DNA of 64,000 nucleotides from a virus: positions 1 through 64,000 of the IMG/VR virus record IMGVR_UViG_3300044878_000031. The stretch is one strand, 5' to 3'. The number at the start of each line of letters is the position of its first letter. Positions within the stretch are counted from its first letter, which is position 1. Shown in pieces: positions 48,385 to 56,796 of the stretch. A model generated the notes under the pieces. The model did no database searches and had not been told where the DNA came from. It was given only the letters and a program-made list of their open reading frames with translations. A program made the position numbers and the translations under genes.

Positions 48385-48516
48385 GGTAAAGCTGACAATG
48401 TTAGGCATCGAAGCCCTGCTAGTTCCCGGACCGCACTAGCTTTCCATTAACGACGGCTGACGCGTTGTCAGCTATGGCCCTCGCTAATGACTCCCCAGGA
48501 GTGCACTGCCACAAAA

Positions 48517-48655
48517 TGGTCCTCCGCTGTCGGATCTACCGACGCGACCGCTTCAACTGACCCCCGGCGTACGGGACGTTTAGGTTACACTAGAACAACA
48601 TTCCCACGCAGTAGCGTTCACAATGCGCACTCTAATGGCCTTGGTCTACAGAGGA
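48517..48655 (-). ncRNA. CCA-ended tRNA-like RNA (139 nt)
   Basis: Acceptor TCCTCTGT/GCGGAGGA-CCA, T-like arm GTCGG-TAGAT-CCGAC, GACC/GGTC stem enclosing an insert. Confidence 0.55.
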
Positions 48656-48669
48656 TGAAACTATGAATT

Positions 48670-48799
48670 TGGCCCCGAGGGGTGGACTCGAACCACCGAC
48701 CTCCCGCTGGCAAGCGTGTTTAAACGTTCTCGCCACGTTAGTAGCTATCAACGTAACCGCATGTCTAACGAGTGTTCTAACCGACTGAACTACCCAAGG
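48670..48799 (-). ncRNA. tRNA scaffold with a 60-nt insert in place of the anticodon loop
   Basis: Canonical D arm, CTCGT/GCGGG stem, AGGTC variable loop, GGTGG-TTCGAGT-CCACC, GCCA end. Confidence 0.75.
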
Positions 48800-48800
48800 G

Positions 48801-49048
48801 ATTGAAAGACTAACCGCTACCCCGACCTACGGAATGCAATACTCACTGTGACCTCTGGAGGAAAAGAAAGAAAACCCCAGAGCAACTCGGTATGCAATCG
48901 AGCCATGTAACACATTGAGTCGGGTCACGCTACTCCAACCGCAGAACACCGGAAGTCCGTCAAGTCCCAGTAGATTCCCCTTTCGCCGTGAAGCTAGAGG
49001 TCGTGCTGGAATCCCTGCTATCGGTCAGTAACGTGTAGGTCTCTCAAT
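48801..49048 (-). ncRNA. Structured ~250-nt ncRNA
   Basis: Closed by 10-bp ATTGAGAGAC/GTCTTTCAAT; nested stems; no ORF. Confidence 0.55.
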
Positions 49049-49128
49049 AGATCACTGGAGTATGTAAATTATTACGTAAACTCAGGCAAAAAAAAAGGCC
49101 CGGTGAAGGGCCCCATTGGAAAAGGGTG

Positions 49129-49542
49129 TTACGGAATCTCTGGGAAGCCCACGATCTTCAGGACTAGGTTACGCTTACGGCGATACCAACCAATGGATCT
49201 GGTAGGGTAGCCACGTTCCTCACTCTGCTTACGAATGGTCTCGTCATCTTCAAACAGCAGGGGGACTGGGAAGTATCTCCAGTGTTCTTGACTACCGTGC
49301 CTGACTAAGGCGTGGAGTGTACGCTTACTCCAATTGCCGGTGGTAATGCCTTCGATCAATTCTTGTTTGATTGCTTCGATGCACTCGGCTGCGTTGGAGG
49401 CGTTGAATAGATTGTTGTAGTGCGCAACAGTTGTACCTGACTCTTCGTCGTTAGCACGTTTCATGATGTATAGGACACCACCATTCTCATGCTTGGCAAT
49501 GTTACCGTTAGCGTAAGTGTGAGTGTGGTATTCGCGGGTCAT
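49129..49542 (-). CDS. Early hypothetical protein
   Basis: Start MTREY after CCTCAGAAGG leader; promoter at 49599. Confidence 0.7.
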   Translation of the reverse strand: MTREYHTHTYANGNIAKHENGGVLYIMKRANDEESGTTVAHYNNLFNASNAAECIEAIKQELIEGITTGNWSKRTLHALVRHGSQEHWRYFPVPLLFEDDETIRKQSEERGYPTRSIGWYRRKRNLVLKIVGFPEIP

Positions 49543-49598
49543 GGGTAATACCTTCTGAGGCCAATAGATTAGAGGGAGTTTGTAGCGTGTACACCAAA

Positions 49599-49606
49599 GT
49601 AATATA
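49599..49606 (-). promoter_or_regulatory. Early promoter TATATTAC
   Basis: TTTCAGATA-TATATTAC-TTTG-GTGT. Confidence 0.7.
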
Positions 49607-49671
49607 TATCTGAAACTTCTTTGATTCAACCCCGAATAGAATGAAGGGTTATTTTACTTTGGGGTGTTCTA

Positions 49672-50289
49672 ATGAACCGTTTGCAGGAACTGGTACAGAT
49701 CGGGGAACTCGATCTAACCTACAGTCCTGAGGGGCTGGAGATGATGGAGGAGGCTTCTGCTGAAGTCCCTTCCAAGACGATCTACATATTGCTTACCGAT
49801 ACCAAGACTCTGGTCAGTAAGGTTAGCCGTATGGTTACAGGTGATCCGTACAACCACGTGTCGCTGATGCTGTCTGATGACTTCGATGATGGTATCTATA
49901 CCTTCAGTCTGGGGAACGGCGTCAACGGCATTAAGGGTGGCTTCATGGTGGAGGATCGTGCAAACCTGAAAGGGTCTCACTACTCCATGTACAAGATGGG
50001 AGTCACCTCTGACGCGTACGACAAGATCAAGACTCGAATCACTGACTACGTCAAGGGTATCGAGAAAACGTCATACAACCATCTGGGGTTGTTTAACGCG
50101 ATCTTCAAGAAGAACATCTTTAAGACCGAGGATGGCCAAACTTCGATCTGTTCTGAGTTCGTCGTTGAAGTCCTGAAGTTCTCCGGCGTAGAACTCTTCG
50201 CCAAAAGATTCGCCAGCTCTGTAAGACCTTACGAGTTGATCAAATCGAAACTGTTGAAGTTCCACCGTCGTGGCGTCATAAAACCCTAA
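49672..50289 (+). CDS. Permuted papain-like NlpC/P60 (YaeF/YiiX-type) peptidase/amidase
   Basis: YNHVSL (His) precedes ICSEFV (Cys); YN...RPYEL. Confidence 0.8.
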   Translation: MNRLQELVQIGELDLTYSPEGLEMMEEASAEVPSKTIYILLTDTKTLVSKVSRMVTGDPYNHVSLMLSDDFDDGIYTFSLGNGVNGIKGGFMVEDRANLKGSHYSMYKMGVTSDAYDKIKTRITDYVKGIEKTSYNHLGLFNAIFKKNIFKTEDGQTSICSEFVVEVLKFSGVELFAKRFASSVRPYELIKSKLLKFHRRGVIKP

Positions 50290-50329
50290 GTCTAGACCGG
50301 CTCACTTAGGTGGGTCGGTTTATGGCGGC

Positions 50330-50885
50330 ATAAAAGCGCGGCTCGAGGGAATCTCGAACCTACTCCAGAACTTTCACAGCCCGGTAGGGCAGGAGCGTCT
50401 GTTTCGCGTTGGAATCCCTGCGGCTTTGCTTTTATGTTTTCTTACTGTCAAACACGTTGGCTTTTTGTGGCTGTGATCGTCTTCTTTCCAAGGCCTTGGT
50501 AAGTGTTGCCTTAGATCCACACTAGCTCAGGTACACCCTTTACGTGCTCCGGCCTCACACTGAGGCTCTATCAACATTTGAATGCTCGTGAACCTCTAAG
50601 CGCTATAAGGTGGCCAAGAGGTATGCTTGCCCGGCCCTTTGCCGAGTGCATTACCACCGTGCCACTTATTGATGGGCTTAGAAAGGCGCAAGGCTATTGA
50701 TTGTGGTTTGCCGGAATCTCTCCCTATGTCGGGTATCAAACTGAACACGAGCAAGTGCGTCAGTCTGAAAAGTGCGAACACTCTAACCCAACTAGAAATC
50801 CCCAACCAAAGCCAGTTCTTCAACTCTTCTGTCACGGTGTGCGCGTTAACCGTTGGACTTTCAGTCATCAGATTATACTGGAGGT
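50330..50885 (-). ncRNA. Structured non-coding region, probably ncRNA(s)
   Basis: No credible ORF; hairpins such as AGAGTG-TTCG-CACTTT and CTCGGC/GCCGGG with G-U pairs on the minus strand. Confidence 0.45.
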
Positions 50886-50888
50886 CTC

Positions 50889-51206
50889 CTATGACTGGCA
50901 CGCACCTCGAGCGTGGGTCAGCGGAATCCCCGCAGCGAGTCTCGGACTCGCAGTACGTAGATGAATGGAACAGTCCGGCAAGTCGTACCACACGTCCACG
51001 GCGCGATCGCGCCAGAGGTCGCTATGAACCAAGCCAGCATCAAACTGACGGGGCAGTAGCCCAATCTGCTCAGCGGTGACATGGTGTGGATTATGATAAC
51101 CGCGATAGCTACCATCGTCTTCGACGACTTCGATACCGCGATCTATCAATGCTTGCGCGACTAACGAACCTAACCCTAGACAGCCCCCAATGAGGAGAAC
51201 TCTCAA
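50889..51206 (-). CDS. Hypothetical protein (Rossmann-like N-terminal motif)
   Basis: TTG start, AAGGA RBS, MRVLLIGGCLGLGSLVAQAL; C-terminal half doubtful. Confidence 0.4.
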   Translation of the reverse strand: MRVLLIGGCLGLGSLVAQALIDRGIEVVEDDGSYRGYHNPHHVTAEQIGLLPRQFDAGLVHSDLWRDRAVDVWYDLPDCSIHLRTASPRLAAGIPLTHARGACQS

Positions 51207-51219
51207 GTGCAGTCCTTAC

Positions 51220-51414
51220 TCAGCCCAACCCTACTCCTGAAGGGCGGTTCTCGACCATGTGTTTAGCAGGATCGTAAACCACCTTCTCGTAGCAGTTGTG
51301 CCAAGGCTTTCCTTGACAACACGTACAGTGGAACGGAGCAGCCGCTGGAGAGGTGAGTAACTCAATCACCCCGCACTTGTCACAGGCGTACTCCAACAGC
51401 GCTCCACCACTCAT
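51220..51414 (-). CDS. Small zinc-finger protein coupled to phuZ
   Basis: CDKC...CTCC...WHNC; TAATG overlap. Confidence 0.65.
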   Translation of the reverse strand: MSGGALLEYACDKCGVIELLTSPAAAPFHCTCCQGKPWHNCYEKVVYDPAKHMVENRPSGVGLG

Positions 51415-52388
51415 TACAGCACCAGGCCGTCGTCGGTGACGGTGTCCTTGGCATCGTTGATCAACTTCTGGGCAGCAGCGCGGCCTTCGCTACGCTGTTC
51501 GAAGTCGTTGATGGTCGATTGTAGGCGATCGAAGGTAGCACCCAGGTGTTGGGTGGATACCACGAAGTGCAGCTCCTGGATGTCTTTCACCGGATGTAGG
51601 AAGTAGCCAGTGCAGGAGTATTCCGGCACGGGGGTTTCCAGATGCGGCTGATTACGATCGGCGTACAGCGAGGCGATCGAGATCGGGTCAGCAATTTCAG
51701 ACACGTCGCTGGCGCCAGCGAAGATGTCCAGCAGAACCAGTTGAGCTTCTACGCTGGTCGACTTGTTGATGTTCAGCCAGTTGTAGATGTCCTTGGTGTC
51801 CAGCTCGGCGTTCTGACGCGAGGCCAGGTAGCACAGGCAGGAGATTGCGAAGTCCAGTTGGTCGTCGACAATCTTGCGAGTAGCTTCGCCGCCGTTGTGA
51901 CGGTAGAACGCGACCAGCGGTTTGTCGATTTGCTTGGTGATAGCCGACAGGGACTTCACGGTGTTCAGGGTGTTGCGTGCAGTGATCGCAGCTTCGGACG
52001 AACCGGCGGAAACGATAACTACGGAGTGACCACGGTCAGCCAGCTCTTTTGCCAGCAGTGGGCCGATTACCGAACCCGAACCGCCCGACGCCGAGAAGAC
52101 GACGATGTTGAAATCTTCAGGAGCCTGCTTGAGCAGGATCTGTTTGATGACTGCGGAGATCTGCGCGTGGTTCTCTTTACGCACTTTACCGGAGCCGTCG
52201 GTTTTCTCGAGGATGAATACGTCTTCTTCCTTGACCGTGTCGGTCAGGTTGGAACGACTGGTGTCCACGAAGCTTGGGAGCAGATCCGCGAAGCCCGGTG
52301 CGGATTGACGATTCAGGTAACGCAGGGCAACGTTCACGCCCAGACCACCACAACCGTACAGACGCACTTTACCTTTACCTTGTTCCAT
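51414..52388 (-). CDS. phuZ: PhuZ phage tubulin
   Basis: YGCGGLG, DGSGK, tubulin signature SGGSGSVIG, ELDTKD, acidic C-terminal tail DDGLVL. Confidence 0.95.
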   Translation of the reverse strand: MEQGKGKVRLYGCGGLGVNVALRYLNRQSAPGFADLLPSFVDTSRSNLTDTVKEEDVFILEKTDGSGKVRKENHAQISAVIKQILLKQAPEDFNIVVFSASGGSGSVIGPLLAKELADRGHSVVIVSAGSSEAAITARNTLNTVKSLSAITKQIDKPLVAFYRHNGGEATRKIVDDQLDFAISCLCYLASRQNAELDTKDIYNWLNINKSTSVEAQLVLLDIFAGASDVSEIADPISIASLYADRNQPHLETPVPEYSCTGYFLHPVKDIQELHFVVSTQHLGATFDRLQSTINDFEQRSEGRAAAQKLINDAKDTVTDDGLVL

Positions 52389-52541
52389 TTTCTACATCCT
52401 AGATCAGTTAATTTCGACGGTAGGTTTTACAAGAGTCGCATTACTCTCAATAGATACTACCACGGAATCTTTTTTTACAGATGCTCATAAGTATCGGGTA
52501 CTTTATGACCGTAGGTCCACATCTATAACCTCGAGGCCTTT

Positions 52542-53357
52542 ATGAATCCTATTCAAAAAGCAATCTCGGACGTCAAAGCGAGTATCCCTCGGGAGATCCT
52601 CGAACGCACGTTCATGAAGCCGGACTCGATTGCCTACGGTACACGCAGCTCTTATAGCCCTACCTCGTTAGACTTCCGTATTCGTACGGCGGTGATCGAG
52701 GGTAACGTTCTACCTGACTGTAACTTGGTCGGTGGTACTGAGGTGACTATTCCGTTGAGTTCAGTGATCCCACAAATGGTTTCTGACTACAACGTGATCT
52801 ACCGTGTGCCGAAGTCTCTCACCCAGAACCGCAGTATCCTGAGACTGTTACACCTGACCTTCGGTGATGGTGGTGTGGTCGGTAGTATGAACTTGGCTAT
52901 CCAAGGTCGCTCTGCCATGATGGATGCTGCTCAGGGCGTTCTACAGGCTCACCTGCCGATTCCTATCGTCTCCACGGCGAACTTGGAACTGGTAGCAGAA
53001 AACACGGTCATGGTGAAAGACAACATTACCATGCCGGGCAACCCGTACTTACGTTGTGTGGTAGAGGGCGACACTGAACTCAACCACTTGCAACCGACTT
53101 CGTATAAAGCGTTTTCGAAGTTGGTGGTATTGGCGACTAAGGCGTACATCTTCAACAACATTGCGATCCCGATGGACCAAGCAGCACTGTCGGGTGGTAT
53201 GGCGTTAGGACGTATCCGTGAAATCGTCGATGGCTACTCGGATGCTTACGAGCAGTACGATACCTACTTCGAGGAAGTTTGGCGTAAGGTGGCGATCTTT
53301 AACGATCCAGAAGCCAACAAGCGTCACCTCAAGTTACTTACCGGGGGTCGCTGGTAA
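52542..53357 (+). CDS. Conserved phiKZ-like protein, probably virion
   Basis: 271 aa divergent from phuZ; IPREIL and KAYIFN motifs. Confidence 0.65.
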   Translation: MNPIQKAISDVKASIPREILERTFMKPDSIAYGTRSSYSPTSLDFRIRTAVIEGNVLPDCNLVGGTEVTIPLSSVIPQMVSDYNVIYRVPKSLTQNRSILRLLHLTFGDGGVVGSMNLAIQGRSAMMDAAQGVLQAHLPIPIVSTANLELVAENTVMVKDNITMPGNPYLRCVVEGDTELNHLQPTSYKAFSKLVVLATKAYIFNNIAIPMDQAALSGGMALGRIREIVDGYSDAYEQYDTYFEEVWRKVAIFNDPEANKRHLKLLTGGRW

Positions 53358-54097
53358 TGTATCAGGAGGGCTCGGGTAGTACCTTTACACACAACGGGAA
53401 AGAGTATCCGCTCGATCCCTTTCTGAAACGTGCTGCCAAACTTCCAGTGAAGCAGCTTTATATCAGCAAACTGAAGTGGAACCTTGACGGACTGACGTTA
53501 GACCCTGTACGCGTGGCTCAGGCCGACCCTAGCGTGCCGATCTTGTTTACCATGGACCCGAAGTGGGGTTACGTGATAATCGACGGTACGCATCGTTTGG
53601 CGAAGGCGGTGCAGGAAAAGCGTTATTCCATCCCAGGTCGTGAAATTCCCTACAGTTGGTTTGCTGAAGTTGGAACTGTCTCTATGGAAGATGATTCGAA
53701 CCCTACCTACACCGTGGGCAAAGTTACTCGTGAGCAGGCTTTCGAGTGGTTGTCACAATACGATCAACGTCGTCCTGAGTTCCCAGTACAACCGGGTTCT
53801 GTGGACGGTGAAGAGCGTGTGTACGCTTTCGCTTGGCACGGGGACGAGATCGTAGGCTACGCTTGCCTGTTAAACGGACAGCGTTACCTGATCGACATGT
53901 TCGTGCCTGAGTCGGGACGTGGCAAAGGTGTAGGACGTCAGTTAGTAGATTCTTTGCTGGTTGACCTAGTGGTTGTGAAGAAGTACCAGACAGACATCAT
54001 TGCTTTCCTGAAGGCTGTGGGGTTTACGCTGGAGAACGACTTCGTGAACACTAAGATCTATCGGAAGTACCACGGACCTAAGGTCCACGCTTACTGA
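53357..54097 (+). CDS. ParB/Srx-like N-terminal domain fused to a GNAT acetyltransferase
   Basis: PIL...IIDGTHRLAKA; MFVPESGRGKGVGRQL acetyl-CoA motif; SMED linker. Confidence 0.7.
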   Translation: MYQEGSGSTFTHNGKEYPLDPFLKRAAKLPVKQLYISKLKWNLDGLTLDPVRVAQADPSVPILFTMDPKWGYVIIDGTHRLAKAVQEKRYSIPGREIPYSWFAEVGTVSMEDDSNPTYTVGKVTREQAFEWLSQYDQRRPEFPVQPGSVDGEERVYAFAWHGDEIVGYACLLNGQRYLIDMFVPESGRGKGVGRQLVDSLLVDLVVVKKYQTDIIAFLKAVGFTLENDFVNTKIYRKYHGPKVHAY

Positions 54098-54135
54098 CGG
54101 CATAGAGGCTCCCGTGTGGGAGCCTCGTTATGCGC

Positions 54136-54477
54136 TTAGCGACGGTAGTGTCGGCTGAAGTTGAAGTACGGGGAGTCCTTCAGTTGAATCACTTCATGGC
54201 CAGCAGCAGCAAAGGTAAAACGCCCTACGCTGGAGGACAGGACAATCGCAGACTTATCGCGGGGTTCAATGTTCCACGAAACCTTACGCACTTTGTCTTC
54301 GTAGCTAGGTGCTAGCGCTTCCCAGTGCTTACGAGCGTACTCCATGATGTTGCCAACCATCCGAGTCTTGATCGGGTCTAGCAGACTGACTTGTTCCAGA
54401 TCACGGGTTTCACAACGACCTATGCGTCCTGTCAAGTCTTCGATCAATTCCTGAAAGCGTTTTTGGTGATGAGACAT
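54136..54477 (-). CDS. Hypothetical protein
   Basis: 113-aa ORF. Confidence 0.55.
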   Translation of the reverse strand: MSHHQKRFQELIEDLTGRIGRCETRDLEQVSLLDPIKTRMVGNIMEYARKHWEALAPSYEDKVRKVSWNIEPRDKSAIVLSSSVGRFTFAAAGHEVIQLKDSPYFNFSRHYRR

Positions 54478-54864
54478 TCTAAGGGTCTTCTGAGAGTTGG
54501 AGGATTGTTACTACATAGCGTAGTGCTATCACTGTAAAGTAATATCAGAATTTCGCCCCGATTTTTTATTTGTTGTTTAAAGCTCTCTGTTAGTAGTTTG
54601 TACGTGGTCTTGACGTACCTGTGGGGTACTAGCCCACTACACTCCTAGGTTAAGCAATTTCCCCAGGGAAAAAGGCTAGCATAGACTACGGAGTAGGCTT
54701 TGCTAACGCAGCCACTCACAAAGCAATATTGTTAAAGCTTCGCTTTGTTTCTATTGAACCCCCCAAACCCCCCTTTTCCTTCTTTTGCAAAACAACGTTA
54801 TACTGACAAAAGATATGCCCTCTAAATTATTCTTTTACCTAAGCAGGGAGCAACCTCCCTGCGT

Positions 54865-55272
54865 TTAGAGGTAGAAGTAGTCAGACGTGTTACACTCACC
54901 ACCATGATGCACAACAATCCGAGTCATCAGCAACTTGAAAGCAGCACTAGGTATCTCCATCAACGTATCGCCTAACCGAATGTAGTATCGGTCATACAGC
55001 AAACGTTTCAGTTGAGACATCACCGTGATTGAACAACGGTAGTGACATGGCTTAGCACGGATGTCATCCACGAAGGCTACCAGAGGCAGGTAATCGTAGA
55101 CAAACAACCGAACTGGAACCAGCCCTTCCTTTGAATCAACACCCACTTCCCGCAAAGCTACGAATCCATCCACAGAGCCCTCTAGGAGACGCTCTAACGA
55201 ACGATCTATGCTTCCGAGTACACACCCCAAGATTTCAGCTATCGTCGTGTCAACGGCTACTGACTGCTCCAT
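54865..55272 (-). CDS. Hypothetical protein
   Basis: 135 aa, GGAG RBS. Confidence 0.6.
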   Translation of the reverse strand: MEQSVAVDTTIAEILGCVLGSIDRSLERLLEGSVDGFVALREVGVDSKEGLVPVRLFVYDYLPLVAFVDDIRAKPCHYRCSITVMSQLKRLLYDRYYIRLGDTLMEIPSAAFKLLMTRIVVHHGGECNTSDYFYL

Positions 55273-55320
55273 CGTAATCTCCGTGCATAAAGGAGGCTGC
55301 CCTAAAGCAACCCCCTTTGA

Positions 55321-55815
55321 TTAAGCGGCGCAGGCCACGTACAGCGCTGCGTCTTCGAGACTCGCTACTACCACCGCACCAGAGTCAGCCACTTGAGTTA
55401 ACAGGCGGCTACGTTCAGGAGTAGTAGGACGACCCACCACCACTGCACGCTCAGGATCACGCATGGCTTGTTCAGCACGCTCTACAGCGAACTGCGATAA
55501 ACCTGGTTCTTCTGGCAAGACGTAGATCTGCGTCGCATCGGCGAGTGCTTTCATCACGTCCTCTACAGCTTGCACTTGGAACTGGAGAGTTTCCAGGGAT
55601 GGGGTCGAGATTGCACCAACGTTCCAGACCTTAACATCCTTGTGGCATTCCATCATGATGGCTTCCCACTCACCCGAACCAACGTCACCGTGAATGATCA
55701 CGTTACGTTCGTTCTTGATCCCGTCTACGTCTGCCAACTCGTTATTAGGAGTGGCCACGTGATCAGGACTTTCATCTGCTTCATCAGAAGCATCGAAGTA
55801 ATCACCGAGAGACAT
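55321..55815 (-). CDS. Hypothetical protein, possibly nucleoside-deoxyribosyltransferase/TIR-like fold
   Basis: Alternating beta/alpha pattern ending VVASLEDA; AAGGAG RBS. Confidence 0.5.
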   Translation of the reverse strand: MSLGDYFDASDEADESPDHVATPNNELADVDGIKNERNVIIHGDVGSGEWEAIMMECHKDVKVWNVGAISTPSLETLQFQVQAVEDVMKALADATQIYVLPEEPGLSQFAVERAEQAMRDPERAVVVGRPTTPERSRLLTQVADSGAVVVASLEDAALYVACAA

Positions 55816-55896
55816 ATCGAACTCCTTTAGTACAGTTGGGTCTCATAAGATCGCAAAAAAAAAAGAGGGAGTGTAACCTCCCTTCTTTTGTCGCCA

Positions 55897-56538
55897 TCAA
55901 ACGCGTTGGCGTAGGATAGCTTTGCCGCGAGTAACTTGAATGAAGATGCCACGTTTACGGGAGTCAGGGTTTTCACCTTGATCGTCCAGCGTGACAGTCA
56001 TCCCAGCTTCTTCACAGCGTTTCACGTTTACGGTGTTCAGCAAACCGTCACGTTGAATCAGACACTTGTGAATCCGCTCACCCAGGAGTTTGAGTTCCCG
56101 GAGTTGCGGTTGAACATCTTGCGGGTAACCTTCCAGCAACACCACATGCTCATAGAAGATTGCGAAGTGGCGAATCATATCGCCTACCGGATCTTCAATA
56201 GTGGTGACTGGTTCGGACAGTGCCTCGTCTTCAAGGGGTGGGTTCCAGCGAGTGCGCAGTTCGTCAATCGCTTCCTGTGTCTTCTCAACGCCGTAACGTT
56301 CGGTCATGATATTGGCCAGCCCTGACATGATGCTGTCGCGAGTGAAGGTAATATCTGGGTTCTTCTCGAGGAACGACTCGAGGAACGATTTACCGGGTAC
56401 ATAGGTTTCGTCAGACATGGTAATTCCTTTTGGGGGCTCTTCACCAGTATAGTGAGGAACCAACATGTGGGGAGTGTCCATGATGCAGGAGAAGTCACAG
56501 GAGATTTCGTCTTCGGAGACAGTAGTAGATTGGTTCAT
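55897..56538 (-). CDS. Hypothetical protein
   Basis: 213-aa ORF. Confidence 0.65.
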   Translation of the reverse strand: MNQSTTVSEDEISCDFSCIMDTPHMLVPHYTGEEPPKGITMSDETYVPGKSFLESFLEKNPDITFTRDSIMSGLANIMTERYGVEKTQEAIDELRTRWNPPLEDEALSEPVTTIEDPVGDMIRHFAIFYEHVVLLEGYPQDVQPQLRELKLLGERIHKCLIQRDGLLNTVNVKRCEEAGMTVTLDDQGENPDSRKRGIFIQVTRGKAILRQRV

Positions 56539-56539
56539 G

Positions 56540-56794
56540 TTACACTTCCGTTTTAACAGTTAGGTTTGGTTCAAGGGGTTCTTGGTAGTGCGCTCGGATT
56601 AGCACACCACGTTTGGGACCGTTCTGCCCGTCGATCCACTCGATCTCTTCAGCTCGGTAGACCGGTTGGATGTTGGTGTACATTCCAGCGTAGTGCTGGA
56701 TCGATTCAAAGAACACCGGAAGCTCATCAGGGAACTGTGCCAGTAAGCCCCTGAGGTCCCGAACTCTTTGTTGCTTAATAAAGATGCCGGACAT
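56540..56794 (-). CDS. Hypothetical protein
   Basis: 84 aa; resembles the C-terminal half of the neighbouring gene. Confidence 0.6.
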   Translation of the reverse strand: MSGIFIKQQRVRDLRGLLAQFPDELPVFFESIQHYAGMYTNIQPVYRAEEIEWIDGQNGPKRGVLIRAHYQEPLEPNLTVKTEV

Positions 56795-56796
56795 AA

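Noticed and set aside
48670-48799. Group I intron in a tRNA
   Set aside because: The insert is only 60 nt and lacks P7/core motifs.
50845-50872. CTGATGA...GAAA on the minus strand resembling a hammerhead core
   Set aside because: The GAAA lies in the loop of the following hairpin; no stem II/III geometry or GUC/GUA cleavage triplet in register.
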